Shown here: one piece after another, positions 27,415-39,800 of the stretch
How positions within the stretch are numbered: the stretch's first letter is position 1
Layout of the letters: each line of letters begins with the position of its first letter
Source of the DNA: Catajapyx aquilonaris
Taxonomy: Eukaryota
NCBI GenBank assembly: GCA_000934665.2
Contig: KZ538198.1
Coordinates: 1-64,000 of the forward strand
Length of the DNA stretch: 64,000 nucleotides
Direction of reading: 5' to 3'
The notes under the pieces: model-generated
Told to the model about the DNA's origin: nothing
The model's input: only the letters and a program-made list of their open reading frames with translations
The model's database searches: none
Program-made: the position numbers and the translations under genes

Positions 27415-28486
27415 GTAAGGTACTGTCCAAGTTTTTCGCTGCTGGAAGGGTGAGGCTTAGTAGGTTATCGTACCATCTATTTCGGGTTCCGGAGGCGCCA
27501 ACATCGTTTAGTTTGATGCCGCGGATTGCGGCGGTGGCAGGTTTGGGAAAAAAGAATAGACGTGGAGGAATTTGGCACGCGAAACCACCTCACCCTTCTT
27601 TAAGATTACTCGCGGAAAAAAAAGAAGTAAAATGCTCCACGCTTTAATTTCCCGAGGCCCTCCTTGAGCCAGTTGGCAAAACTTCTTGTGCTCTGCTGGA
27701 CTCCCTTGTCACACCCTTGGCAAAAAAAAAGAGTGTCATTTCGAACCGCTTGATTTGTGAGAAGTCTTATGCCGGCCTGAAGTGTGATATTACCGGACTT
27801 GGTTTTATCTGGGAATGAAAAAGAGTTGGGGATTACCAGTCTCTTGCAGGTCAGAGAAGATGGGTTGGACCCAACAAAAAGAGGGGCACTGGATGGATTG
27901 CATACGGGAGAAACTTACGGTGTGCTCGTAAATTACATGTATAAAGCCCCGGCACCCGGCGGGAATTACTGCCGGCCGAGTTGGTTTCATGTTAAACACG
28001 TTGAAGGATTACGGACAGAGCGATATGAAAATTGCAACCGGTTTGTTTCCAAGCGCTGGGCTGATGCTAACTGTGGGTTGGATCATAATAATGGGGATTC
28101 TAGTGCTGCAGATCTAGGTCGGATATAAGTCTGCATTATGGTGGGACGGAGGGAACTGTGATGAACTGGGGATGAGTAATTTTGTCACTTTTTTGATTAG
28201 TATATATGGAGGGTTATTTTGTTTGGACTGATTAACCGACTTCCCATGTATTGTGTGGGAAACGGAACAAATCTGCAATAATACAGGAAGGAAGGGTTGT
28301 GGACTGAGTTTATGGCATCATACACGTGTTAGACTGGCCTATATTTTCTGGTCATTAGGGCTTCATTAGTTCTTGGTTTCCTATCAAAAATAATGGGCTG
28401 AGTTAGATGAAGCATATATGATTCACCGTTATAATGAATAGCTTTATAGTGGTCAGTTTTGATATTGCGAGACTATTTCACATGTA

Positions 28487-28560
28487 TTAACTATGCAATT
28501 TTCCCTTTGTTTTACAGGTAAGAGGCGCTTAACTACTACAGTATACTCCTGTGGGTGAGT
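28487..28560 (+). other. Recursive splice site 2 (CAG|GTAAGA at 28517/28518) with a 37-nt cryptic RS-exon (28518-28554)
   Basis: Branch-like TTAAC 28487-28491, tract ttttccctttgttttacag, abutting GTAAGAG, and a downstream donor TGG|GTGAGT at 28555-28560. AG-free zone 28472-28515. Confidence 0.75.
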
Positions 28561-30840
28561 GACATATACAGCGTTATTTTGTGGTAAAAAAACTTGTGCC
28601 CTGCAGAACTGTAGAAGCATTAATACTCCACTCATGGGGGATATTCTTCTTCGCTGTTCTTGCTGCTGCGGCAGAAGAGGGCTTATATGAGCGTGCAAAA
28701 AAGGTAGACACGAAGCCCCAAGAATGATGGCTGTAGAATTCTTGTGCTGTTGAGCCATCTCTGACGACAACTGATGACTGCGGCTTCTTTCACCATTTAC
28801 CATTTATCATGTGGAAGTGAGTGGTTTCCAAAACGTTGAGTTTGCTGCCACAGTTTGACCCCGTGCAGTCTATTTGGGCTAACTCGCGATCCATTACGGC
28901 CGACATAATCTTCCGCGGACATAGTCTTGTTATCCCGGGTTGTAATTGAAGTTTGGCACTCACCTATATATTTTTAAAGCCCGGTTGTTCTATAGGCTTA
29001 AAATGAGGCTGGGAAATGTCGGAGGTCGACGGAGCGAGAAATACAAATCGACATGCGTGTAATCGAAATCCAGTCCAAAAACAAAGCTTTCGTAATGCAG
29101 CAAGTGATGGGTGATAATCTGACTCCACCACTACCACCACCTCCTCCCTCTCCCCAGCCTCCTTACCACTCCCCAGTCCCACCCCCAATGTGCCCGGCTG
29201 ATTATATCCCCGCTGCATAATTCCTGATCGAGTTGGATTACCTGGCGAATTTTTCAGGGATTACTGGCAAAATTCGCGCCCCCGTGGGATATCTGCGAGC
29301 GCCAATGACGTGAAACCATTCGAGTGAATATCATGATAGCCTGTGTCAGTGTAGTAGTATCATGGGCATGAGTAGAGGCTCAGAGAGGCTAAAATCGGAT
29401 CCAGTTTTATCATATTTTGTGTCGTATTAAATTCAGAGTGACTGGGATAGGATTTTAATTTTGGAAGTTTCAAGAAGATAGGTTGTGAGGGCTGACCTCC
29501 CAAGGTCGTCACCTACCTCGATAGGTCACCTCAGAGTAGTAATAATGCACAGGTTGCCAACAACTTATTAATTAGACTTGCCTCGCTCCAGGCTGTCTCA
29601 CGACTGATTCACAATGTATGAACCCGTATCCACGCCATCTCTTGGCAAAATTCACACAACTGCAAGTCATATTCATACGAATATCAATTTTTTCGCGTTT
29701 TATGTCCACTTCGTTGTTTGAATGCGCAGAACCGTCTCATCTATGATTTCATATAGGGGCGCATTATTTATGGAATTCGAGAATTTTCATATTTGGAGTT
29801 CGTGTTGGAAGCCTGAGGCGTAATAGAGTGATTTGCGGGGAATGGGCATATAGCTATTGGCGAAAAAGGCCTGGCTCAGCAGCCCTCTTTTCTGAGCCAT
29901 TGACATGCAGACGAGTTTTATGAGTCAGTTTTAATATCGCTGGAGGTGCCTTGGAATTTCAGCTCCGAATCAATGGCTGAGTTAGCGGCATCTTCTTTTC
30001 CCTAAGCGTCTTTTAGTTGAAGAGCAAACTTCTTGGACTGTGAAAAGAGAAAATTTAAACGCGTCGTTGTGAAGAGAAAAGATGAAAGTGGGAGTCCTGG
30101 TTAATTGGACTATAAAGTGTTGCATCTCATTAGTTGAGATGCCATTCAAAGTGGGAATTTAATCCCGCCTCATAGAATTCCTCGGGACAGTTCTGAACGC
30201 CTAACAAGTTTCTTAATAATCCCCCAGTGTATGTTACATATAATTCTGAGAGACAAATGAACTCGACTTTTGCCGGAGTCAACTTACTGCAGTATAACCT
30301 GACTCGGAGCAATTTTTTCTACTGTAATATGACTGGAAATTCCTCAGCTCCATTTCCTTTGCTAGAATTAATAAGTGTGTAAAGAGACTCATTAGCATGT
30401 TCCAAACGATTTTTTTTTTTGCCCTGTATTCCCCCTTTTAAAATTTTCGTTTTTTTTCATATCCAAGTGGGCGCCTCGTTGACATCGTAAAGATTTTCAC
30501 CTCCAAAACGTAATGAGCAATTAGCATACTGATTATTAGCTAATGTATGCCTGGCACGGCTTTAGGGAAAGGCTCACTCTAAATTCTGCGCGCCAAGGTG
30601 AAGATTTCCGGAGGCACCGAGCTGACGTAAGAAGTTTGTCCCCGGAGACAAATTTGTTAAACGCGGCAGGAAATGTGTGGGCCTTTCGAGCGAAGTGGAT
30701 GAAACTTGCAGATACAGTTTGTCACCATGAGAGACATGAACGTCTTATTTAGTCATTTATTGAGAAGGTGAGAAAAGAGTTTGCTTAAGTGTGTGGATTT
30801 TTTTGGGGGTTTGTTTAATTTCTTCTGGTGAGTCTTCAAT

Positions 30841-30854
30841 CCACTAGATGGCGC
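30841..30854 (+). promoter_or_regulatory. CTCF-type core motif
   Basis: CCACTAGATGGCGC fits the CCASYAGRKGGCRS core without mismatch. Motif only; binding is not shown. Confidence 0.55.
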
Positions 30855-30867
30855 GGATGCGGGGTGT

Positions 30868-30899
30868 GTGGCGGTGGCGGTGGCAGTTGCGGTGGCGGT
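30868..30899. repeat. Imperfect (GTGGCG)n microsatellite
   Basis: gtggcg gtggcg gtggca gttgcg gtggcg gt. Confidence 0.8.
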
Positions 30900-33800
30900 T
30901 TATAGCCAGTCGTGAGACAACCGGAGAGGAGGCTAGTCTAATAAGCAGGTTGTTGGACCACGACCACGACCTTGGGGTCGAAGATGGACGATCTATAGGC
31001 TAGGCAGGTCAAATCTCACAGTCCATGTAATTTGGTATAGCTGATATGGTCAGCCAACATGGCTAAAGAGATGCCAGGATCGATTCCTCACGCTTCTGCC
31101 AGTCTGCCACACCTTTCTGTAAAAATGTGTGGATCATGTCCAGAATGTAGAGTTCCATTTCAGACCTTGACCGCAAGGCTTTAGTATTCTGTTCATTGGT
31201 GGAGCTCCGCCGGGATGGGGGATTACACCAGGGATTGCTGGCCATCGTCTTTTGTCCATTTCACGTAGATAGAGGATTGAATGGAAGTGCAATTTGCTTT
31301 ATCCCGAGTCGTGGTGGGGGCGAGAAGAGGGACGGACCTGGCTGGAAATGCTCACGCCCGTGCTCGTAATGCCAATTTTTATTTTTTTTTTTGCAAACCC
31401 CTCCCGGGCTATTTGGCGGGGCTAGAAAGGTTGTTTCAGTATTTGCGTCAATTGCACTGTCATGGACCTTTACAATCGCGCTATCAATCTGGTGGAGGAC
31501 GAGCTGTCAATGGTTTTATTGCAGATGCTCATGATGTGACGGGGTGAAATTTTGTCGGTTTTCCTCAATTGTGGGTGATGTGGCGAATATGGATTAGGAG
31601 GGAAAACATATATTTATTATGATTCGTGTTTTGAACATACTGCGTGGCCATATACCTGCAGGAACAATGCTTCTTGCTAGTATTTTTTGGCAGGCTGTGT
31701 ATCGCTATTTTGAGATAAATGAGCGTTAAGTTACTTTTGGCCCGAGCTTTCGAATCCGCAGCACTGACCTACTGAATTGGAAGTGTCTGTCTGGAGAATT
31801 CAGTGTCGGTGCCAACTTTTTTGAATGCCAACCAAGACTTGCGATTATGAGGCGTCTCCTCTCGCATTGGATTTACGGCCCGAAGGTGTCGTCACGGAAA
31901 TTGACTATTCATAATCTGGGTCCCGAGCATCAGACTGTGCCAGTGGGAAATCTACACGCTAATTAATCCCGAAATACATCTGAGCTGAGGTGTCGAGCCA
32001 TCTTGGATGGTCTCGTGTGTTCGTGAAGGTACCAGACATGCTTCACCGCTGTAACATTATCGGGATGGATTTTTTTTTAACCAAAAATTGGATCCAAATA
32101 TGTAACGTGCAAAATTAATCTGCATGTACAGTGGATACCGAGAGCGTGAATTTGATGCAGGCGGGCGTTAATGATATGTCCTTGAGGTGCATGATTTGAT
32201 TATTATAGTTCCCATTAATTTGCGCACCGTTGCATAAAGCTGTACTGTAACTGGAGCAAAATAACCTGGAATAATTTATTTTTTTAAACGACGGTCATAT
32301 AATTACCTTTTGTGTTTTGATGCGTTGTGTCGGAACTAAATGGACCGAGTTCGCACGTCCGAATTAGCCCTTTTAATTGTCACTTATACTGGCATGGTAG
32401 AATAATTCAATATCATAACGAAATGGATAGTCCTCAGTAATACTGATTTTTATTGCAGGGTCATAAAGATGGGATCCTTGTGTGCAATACAGTTTAGTTA
32501 GTCGTAAAATATGAGATGCCCAATAAATCATGAAAGGCGGAATGAATTAGGGCAGGAAACGACTGGTCCATCTGTCTCTAACGATCTGAAAACTTTTGAA
32601 GGTGTTTATGCGTATACAGTCCAGGCAATAACCGGCCTATCAAGTTCGCCCACTTAACTCTTATTGATATTTTACATCGAATTTTATTGCAGTACATTTC
32701 CGTACATTTTGCATTATTGTCCCACCCCACACAAAAAATCAGCTTCTCACAATCAAAGTTCAAGGTGCTAAATGCATTCTCGAATTTTATATCTGAATGT
32801 CTGCATACCCAATCCCGGTCGATTCCGCTCCACATTAATCTCTATCACTACCGAGAACGGCATGGATAAGTGGCTTTCACCCTCCCGCACTGTATCAGAC
32901 CGAAACAGTCAGTATATTGACTCTGGAAGGCTTTATTTACCTTTCGGGAGTCCCCAGTTTGATTTTTGGTCCGTGATGAAGGAGCAAGGGAAAGAAAGAA
33001 ACTGAAAAAACACATCGATGTTATTCGTCTCCTTCCATAAATCCTCAGATGAGCCTGGAGCAAAGATGTGGATTTTCAAGGATCAGACGGCTTGATTGGT
33101 GGCCTGTAATCCAATAAATTACAAATCAAGGAGAGAACCGGGGGCAAAGGCAAGCATTCGACAGTTTGGAATTCTATGGAGGAAATTTCTGGGTATATAG
33201 CTATAGAAAGGCCCAGGGTTTCGAGAAGGGGGGTGGTTGCGACGCCTCTTCGGAAGGAGGTTTTCGGATGGATTCCGTTCTTTGCATTTAAAAGCCTCTT
33301 ACAGCCTCCTCTTGCTAAAGATCTTCCGGGGGACATTCCACAGGCTTTGCCGACTCAAGTCGCGACCCCCCAGCCCCCGTAATTGCTTCTGTCTGAGAGG
33401 CGGCAGAGATTGCGTCCCAATTGCCTTCTTTCTTGCCATCAGACGCGGGGGTTAATTGTTTCATGGGAATGGAAGAGAGACGAATGAGAAGGAGGATCTT
33501 CTCCATTGTCCCCCCTTTTTTTGGAGGGGAGACCAGGAGGACCATTTTGGGTTCGAGGTTTCTCCAGAATTCCTGCGAAGTGTGACCAAATCAAGAATGA
33601 ATATTGTGCTTCAATAAAATTGTAATTATGCTCCTCACCAGAGGGCAGTGACGCCTGCTGGGTGTGAGTCAGTCGTGAAACAGCCTGGATGGGGGCTGGT
33701 CGCAAAAAATGGGTTCTCCCGAACCACGACCCTGAGAGACCATGTAGGGTCGGAGGGATGACCTGTGGAGGTCAACCTTCGAAAATTGTGGTGAAAGACA

Positions 33801-36800
33801 AATTGGCGTTGTATGCCATCGTGATGTATAAGGAATTAATATTTGAGTTAGTGTATTGCCAATTTTAGCTTCTAATTAAGTGAATGATCATTAGGCAAAT
33901 TGGGTAATCGAGAATGTGCGTTAATTATGGCTGGGAAAAACAGTAACTTACCGCTCTGCAGCCGCAGAGGCTTGTTCCGCTGCAGGTATCGTATAAATGC
34001 CGTGATTTCATTGCACTAGTGTTCCTCCTGATATAAGCTCGTTTAGATCGCACTAATTATATTCCCGTTGGGCAGTCGATAATTAGGGCGCTAATCCGGA
34101 AAACGATTTCGAAATTCATTAACGTGTTGGGTGGCTAGGACTTGAGGTTTTTTTCATATCCTGAGTGGGGGGATATAGTCAACAACATTGCAATGGGCCA
34201 AAAAGTCGATGCTTGGAGCTATTATCCCCAACGCATTTTGTTATTACGCCAGAGCTTTCAATGTTTAAACCCAGATGCACCGATATTTTTGTACTATATA
34301 ACTTGCTGTACACTGCGCAACCGTTCATTGCACCCTGTTAAGCGGCCCCCCATCCATTTTCTGTATTAGATTATAAATTAGCTGACCATACACGAGCATA
34401 CATTGTGTGAGCTTAGCCCCTGCGAGCTTTGTGTCATTCGCGTAAAGCCGAGTAATTCATCGAGCAAATAGTTAAAAAAATAACAAACACCACCTCGGAC
34501 TTTTTCCAAACATTTTTCCACGGGCTTACAAACCCACCCTTGTTTACCGCATTAATATTGGAGTGTGTTCAGCGGAGCGATTCGGAAAATTCTGGCCCTG
34601 ATCAAAATGCATTCTCTCGCCTGCAATTTGGGTTGGCGAACGTGTGATTTTTTGATCACCCAGCAGCGGGAGCGGCATGGCGGAATGGCACCGTTTATGG
34701 ATTCCCTATCTAGTTTCGAGGTAATTATCAGGAGTCATTTGGAATAGGAGAGGCTTAAACTGGAGGGAATGTAGAACATGTTATCAGTGAAAATAATTGT
34801 GCATGGGGGCTTAGTTGTCAGTGTGTGCGGTGGGTTGGCCCCAATTCTAATCAGTAGAGTTACAATCCTGGGAAGAGATATTATTCAGGGATTTTTTTCT
34901 GCATTAACTGCCTGGGTGCGAAGTGCGTCAAAATTGCACCGATTTTGGGGCGTAATACTGTCCGGATGCGAATTATTTTTGCAGGTCGCATGCGAACTGC
35001 GATGTACTGCCGGCCGGAAGCGGTGGATGGTGGCATAACTACCTAGCGGCGGATTTTTACGAGTAGTCGTCTCTTTGGAATTGTCAAACAATTTATGTGT
35101 GTCATGCAGCTGATGGCATTTCAGCGCGACGGAATGGTTGGCATACTGTATGGGTGCAGTACTGTACCATGTCAGATACAGTGTACCATAATGATGCAAA
35201 TTAACGTTTAAGTGAATTCTAAGTTTCACTTATTGTAGGTACTGTACAGTACACTACCGTATGTTATTTTTGTAGCAGGAAAAGGCAAGGTCGCGTGGAG
35301 GGATGCATACCTGGCAGGATATTTTACAGCCCACCTGTGCATATATGCGATGCTGGGATTCGCACTAGTTTGTCAGATTCATTATGGGACACCTTGTGTA
35401 ATCGATCCTGTGCATGCCTCACCGTCATTGTGCACACCCATTCTTTCCTGTACGCCATACCTTCATTGGCAAGTGAGTTCCTATGAATAGCGCACCGCAC
35501 GCTAATGGCGGAACCTCTGTGCCTGGAAAATTTAATCACCAAGATTCAACTCTGTCCTTGCTCTGATTAGTCTCAATAGGGAGGAGGGCATTGAGCCCAT
35601 TTTTCATCTCGGCTAATGAAAGCCCTATTGTATGAGCAAAAATCTATTATTTTTTTAAAGGCCGGACTTGTGCAGTTTCATATAAATGTCCCTGATTGGC
35701 ACGCGTCTTGTGATCCGTTTCAACAATGAAGGTTGAGTCCCTCGAACCCTGATCGAAGTGTTGTTGCATCAGATGGTTACAGGGTAGTCGAGCCAATGTG
35801 AAAAGTGGGCCGACTCGTTCACTCCTCCGAGCGATTAATCAAACGCTCTGGCTTTTCACATCCCGTCTGATCCTCCGTCGATACAATTTCCCTTTCCTCT
35901 GGAGCTCACATAATTACAGGGAGATTTCATAGGCTCCTATAGACGGCATTGCTGCTTTGAGGTCCATTTTCATCACAAGATCTGAAAGGAGGCTGCCGGA
36001 GTCGACTTGTCAGGTTCCGGATTTACACACCATCTTGTATCTAGCAAGAGGGCTTGTATTATTTATACAGTCTAATTGCTATTCTGATGCACAGAGCGAG
36101 CACGCTCTATTGAGTCACCTTTGGAAGCCGTGTAATTAGGCTGCTTAGTCTCGCTCACTTCGGATTAAGTGTCGGTTTCACCACGTCGGATGCCGTCGAG
36201 CTTATCCGAAGGATTAGGCCGGAATACCCGTAAATCATGGACCAGAAATTGAATTATTTGCATGTGCCATGTTGACGCTGCTGCTATGTTACGAAACGTA
36301 TATTTTTTTTTCCATGAAGCCTAGTTAGCCGCACGCACTTCTGTTCACACTTTAGGGCTCCCAGGCCCCCGAAACGAAGCGCGACAGTCTTTTCTCAGCG
36401 GGCTTTTGAAAATCCCCGAAACGGCACATTCGGCAGCCAGGCGGTTTTTGGGGGGCGGTCGGCCGAGTTGAAAATGGTTCAAGAGAGAAGGGGGCGCTTG
36501 GATTAAAGTCAGGCCGGTATATGTACTGTATAAAAGCGTGGTGCGGGCGTGTGCATCGGGGCTGCATGCATAATTCAGCAGGGTATGCTCGGTTGGGCGG
36601 TGCAGATTGGTCTGAAGGCTGGGCTGTACTTAAGTATGCAGCCAGGCTTGCAGGGCTAATTCGCGGGGTTGCATATGCGTTAGGAGAGAACGCCAGGTAT
36701 GCTCTGGGTCACTTCCAAGATTGTGCAGGTTGTGTCTGTTTGGATGAGGGTGTTGTTGCCCTTGCCAAGATTAGGGGGTGCACCAGCTTATTGAAGCTTG

Positions 36801-39800
36801 ATGGTCGACCTTCACCTGAAGGGTCGTGGTGCATAATGTACTTTAATTCCTTATGCAGAGATAAGGTGCACGTGCTTTGGGGCCATGTTGCTGTCACACT
36901 GACAAGTACGGAGTCGGCAGGAAAGGGACTTTGTGGGTTGGAACAGGAATTAAAGATAGATATGCTGAGTACGTAATTGTGTACGTGACTTACCCATGCA
37001 TTGGATAACAGCAGACACATGAACCATGTATTTTTTAAAGCTTCCGACAATATTGCATCCTGCTTATTTCAGCTTTCATCTTCCTCGAGTTCAGATGGTG
37101 GCATAGTGCCAGAAACTATTTTTTATTAATTTTATCTGACAAAACATGAACCTGGGAATTGGAAAAAAAAAGTATAGAGTAGGCTACTTCGTTGTAGAAT
37201 TTACGACTAGCAAATCATACTCTTTGAGGTCACTTTATGTGCCGCCTCTTTTATTTGATTGCGAGTGCAATTTATTATGTGTAGTCTACTGTAGACTGAG
37301 CAACAAGCTACGTTATTGTGCTTGCCAACTCAATAACAGAGCAAATGCCTGAATTGCCTATATAATGCTATTTATTGATACTGTATACTGCTGCATACAA
37401 TATAACGTTTCTCTCGGACTTTCAGCGAAGGAAATCGTTTCTTATGACATATACATCCTTGGCTGGAGCGGCATGAGGGAAATTCGATTGATTCAAAGCG
37501 TTTTGCCGGGCCTGCTTTTCAAGTGGCTGAGTCTCCGTGGAATGAACAATTGGTTCCTTCCCCCCGCATCCAACCATCCCAGAAGCATCCTTATTTATCA
37601 CATTGAGGCTGGAGGGATATGCAAGTCAACACAGTCGTATTTATTACCGAGCCCCCGACGCCAAGCTCCCTTTGAGGCCAGCACGCCACAGTCAGATTAA
37701 ATTGAAATGGTAGAGGAGCGACAGGCAATTTCCATGGAAATGGTCCCAATGTTGCCTCCGAGATGCATTGTTTGGCGCCGGTACGGAGCTCAATTGTGCC
37801 CGCAAAATGGCGTGTTGTGGGGACAATATGTTGTCTCACTCACAAGCAGGATGGACGCTGTTAACATTTGTAACCGCTGTTTTCGTCGCGATCATTTATT
37901 CCCGCGGTGACATTGTCTGCCGGAGATATATGCGGCTTAATGCGACAAGCCCGAGCTGTTTTTGGGCCTTATTGCACGCGCTGATGGGGATACCAAAATG
38001 ACATCATTTCAGAGAAATATGAGCGAGTGTTGTATGACAAGACCATATGACAGAATCTGGAATGTCTTCGACTCCCTCCTTTTTCAACCGTCTACATTTG
38101 CCTTCGCGGCTTAATATGGAGCCCTGCACGTATATCCTGAGAGAAATGGATTCCTCACACGAGATCTGTCCTCTTATGGGTTGCTCCCATAAAGATTCCT
38201 TTTAGTCACCCGGCAAATCCTTTTCTTGGTTAGGCCTTCTTTAGGACTTAGTGTTAGTGCAGGACCTGCCCATGGGAAATGGCTTTACAAAAAAATTCTT
38301 CTTAATAGCATCCAGACACGGAAAGTGTATGGTAGGTTTCCATCATAGAGACGGAAGAAATTTAAAGGCTGCTTTAAACTCCCTTTAAACTTATGATGGA
38401 GCTGCAGGACTTCTGGGTAAAAAATACTGAAAGTATAAAAGTTGGTTACTCGCATAATTTCGAATGGAAATGTATTCGAATAACGTTTGATCGGTGAGTG
38501 AGACGTGTAAGCTGTACACGAGAATCAGAGCAAATGCACATCTCTGATAAAATGAATGCATTACAGTATCTTTAAAGTTGGGCACGTGTGCTGCTTTAAT
38601 GATGATATTTATGCGCTATAACCAGCGCTGACGTAATTTTGCATAATTTTTTATGCAGCCATATGAATCAAAGCGTGACAAATGCTGTTCTGCATATTCT
38701 GCTCACTGCACATGTTCATAGTAGTATTGTCAAATACACGCCTTAGGTTGTGAAATCAGAATTTTGAAGTTGCCTGCGCAAACTTTTGGTACTCGACGTA
38801 ATTATATACTCTGCATCTGGAGTGAAATATTCGCATGTTTCACTGTATAACAGTAATGTTACATGTCCAATTTTATATCAATTTTTTCCCCATTAGTCAG
38901 ACCTACACTAGCAGTACCTTGTTGAAGTAATTTCTCCTCCTCTGCATGAAGCAAAATATGTCGTTAAAAATCGCATTATGCCTGTTGCACTCTCATAACC
39001 TAGTATTCCGCATGAGTTGTTTTCATAAGTCAAGGCCGTCGCTCACATTGAAACTGTCTTGCAGTGCACCGCACTTACATTTTTACTGCCGGCAAATGGA
39101 GCGTAGTTAGCCCGGAACCGTTTTCACCGAGACTTCCATCCCATGATGGGTCCCGGGTTTAAATTTTCAAAAAATTCCCCCTCCGGTCCCCGCGCATTTG
39201 GAAGTTATCCAAACTCGCACGGACAGTTGGGCATTTCCCGAATTCAAAACAGACACGATATAATCCTCCCAACCAGACATTTTGATTCCCTGGACTGCCC
39301 AGTTTTCTAGGATCCCCTCGGTCCCTCCCCACGTTTTATGCGATCGGCGGAATAGTGCGCCTAAATAATTGAACACCGTGAAAACGGGGATACTGGAAGA
39401 GGATTGTTTTAATGGATCTGTCTCTACCTGTGCAATTTGCTCCCTGCGCCTAACTGTTAATTATTCATGGCAATCCTCCTGGTAATCCCTGCTGCGGCAA
39501 TCGAAGGAGGTTTGGGATTCCATTTTGCTCTGTACTTTACACCAGGGGCAGAACCTCGCATCGTCTTGTAATAATGTCTTGAACCTAAGAAGGCCTGCAA
39601 TTAAATTATTTGAATAGAATTTGAATTAAATTATTAATTTAATTTAATTTCGTGGGTTCGAACAGGTGCGAAATGATCTACGGAGAATCTATACGGTCGA
39701 ATATGGTGCGAATGCTTGTCGCAAACATGAGGTGCTATTTTGAGGGCGAAATACGTGATTAATGCGGTGCCATTACCGTAATCTAATATTTACCGCGGTC

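Noticed and set aside
31063..31245. 60-aa minus-strand ORF with protein-like composition
   Set aside because: Short, no recognisable homology and no supporting splice structure.
32819..32833. SIPLH peptide resembling the RIPLH of NOS1AP exon 1
   Set aside because: Flanking residues do not match (no E.AF.HGI.F.AK) and no in-phase donor follows.
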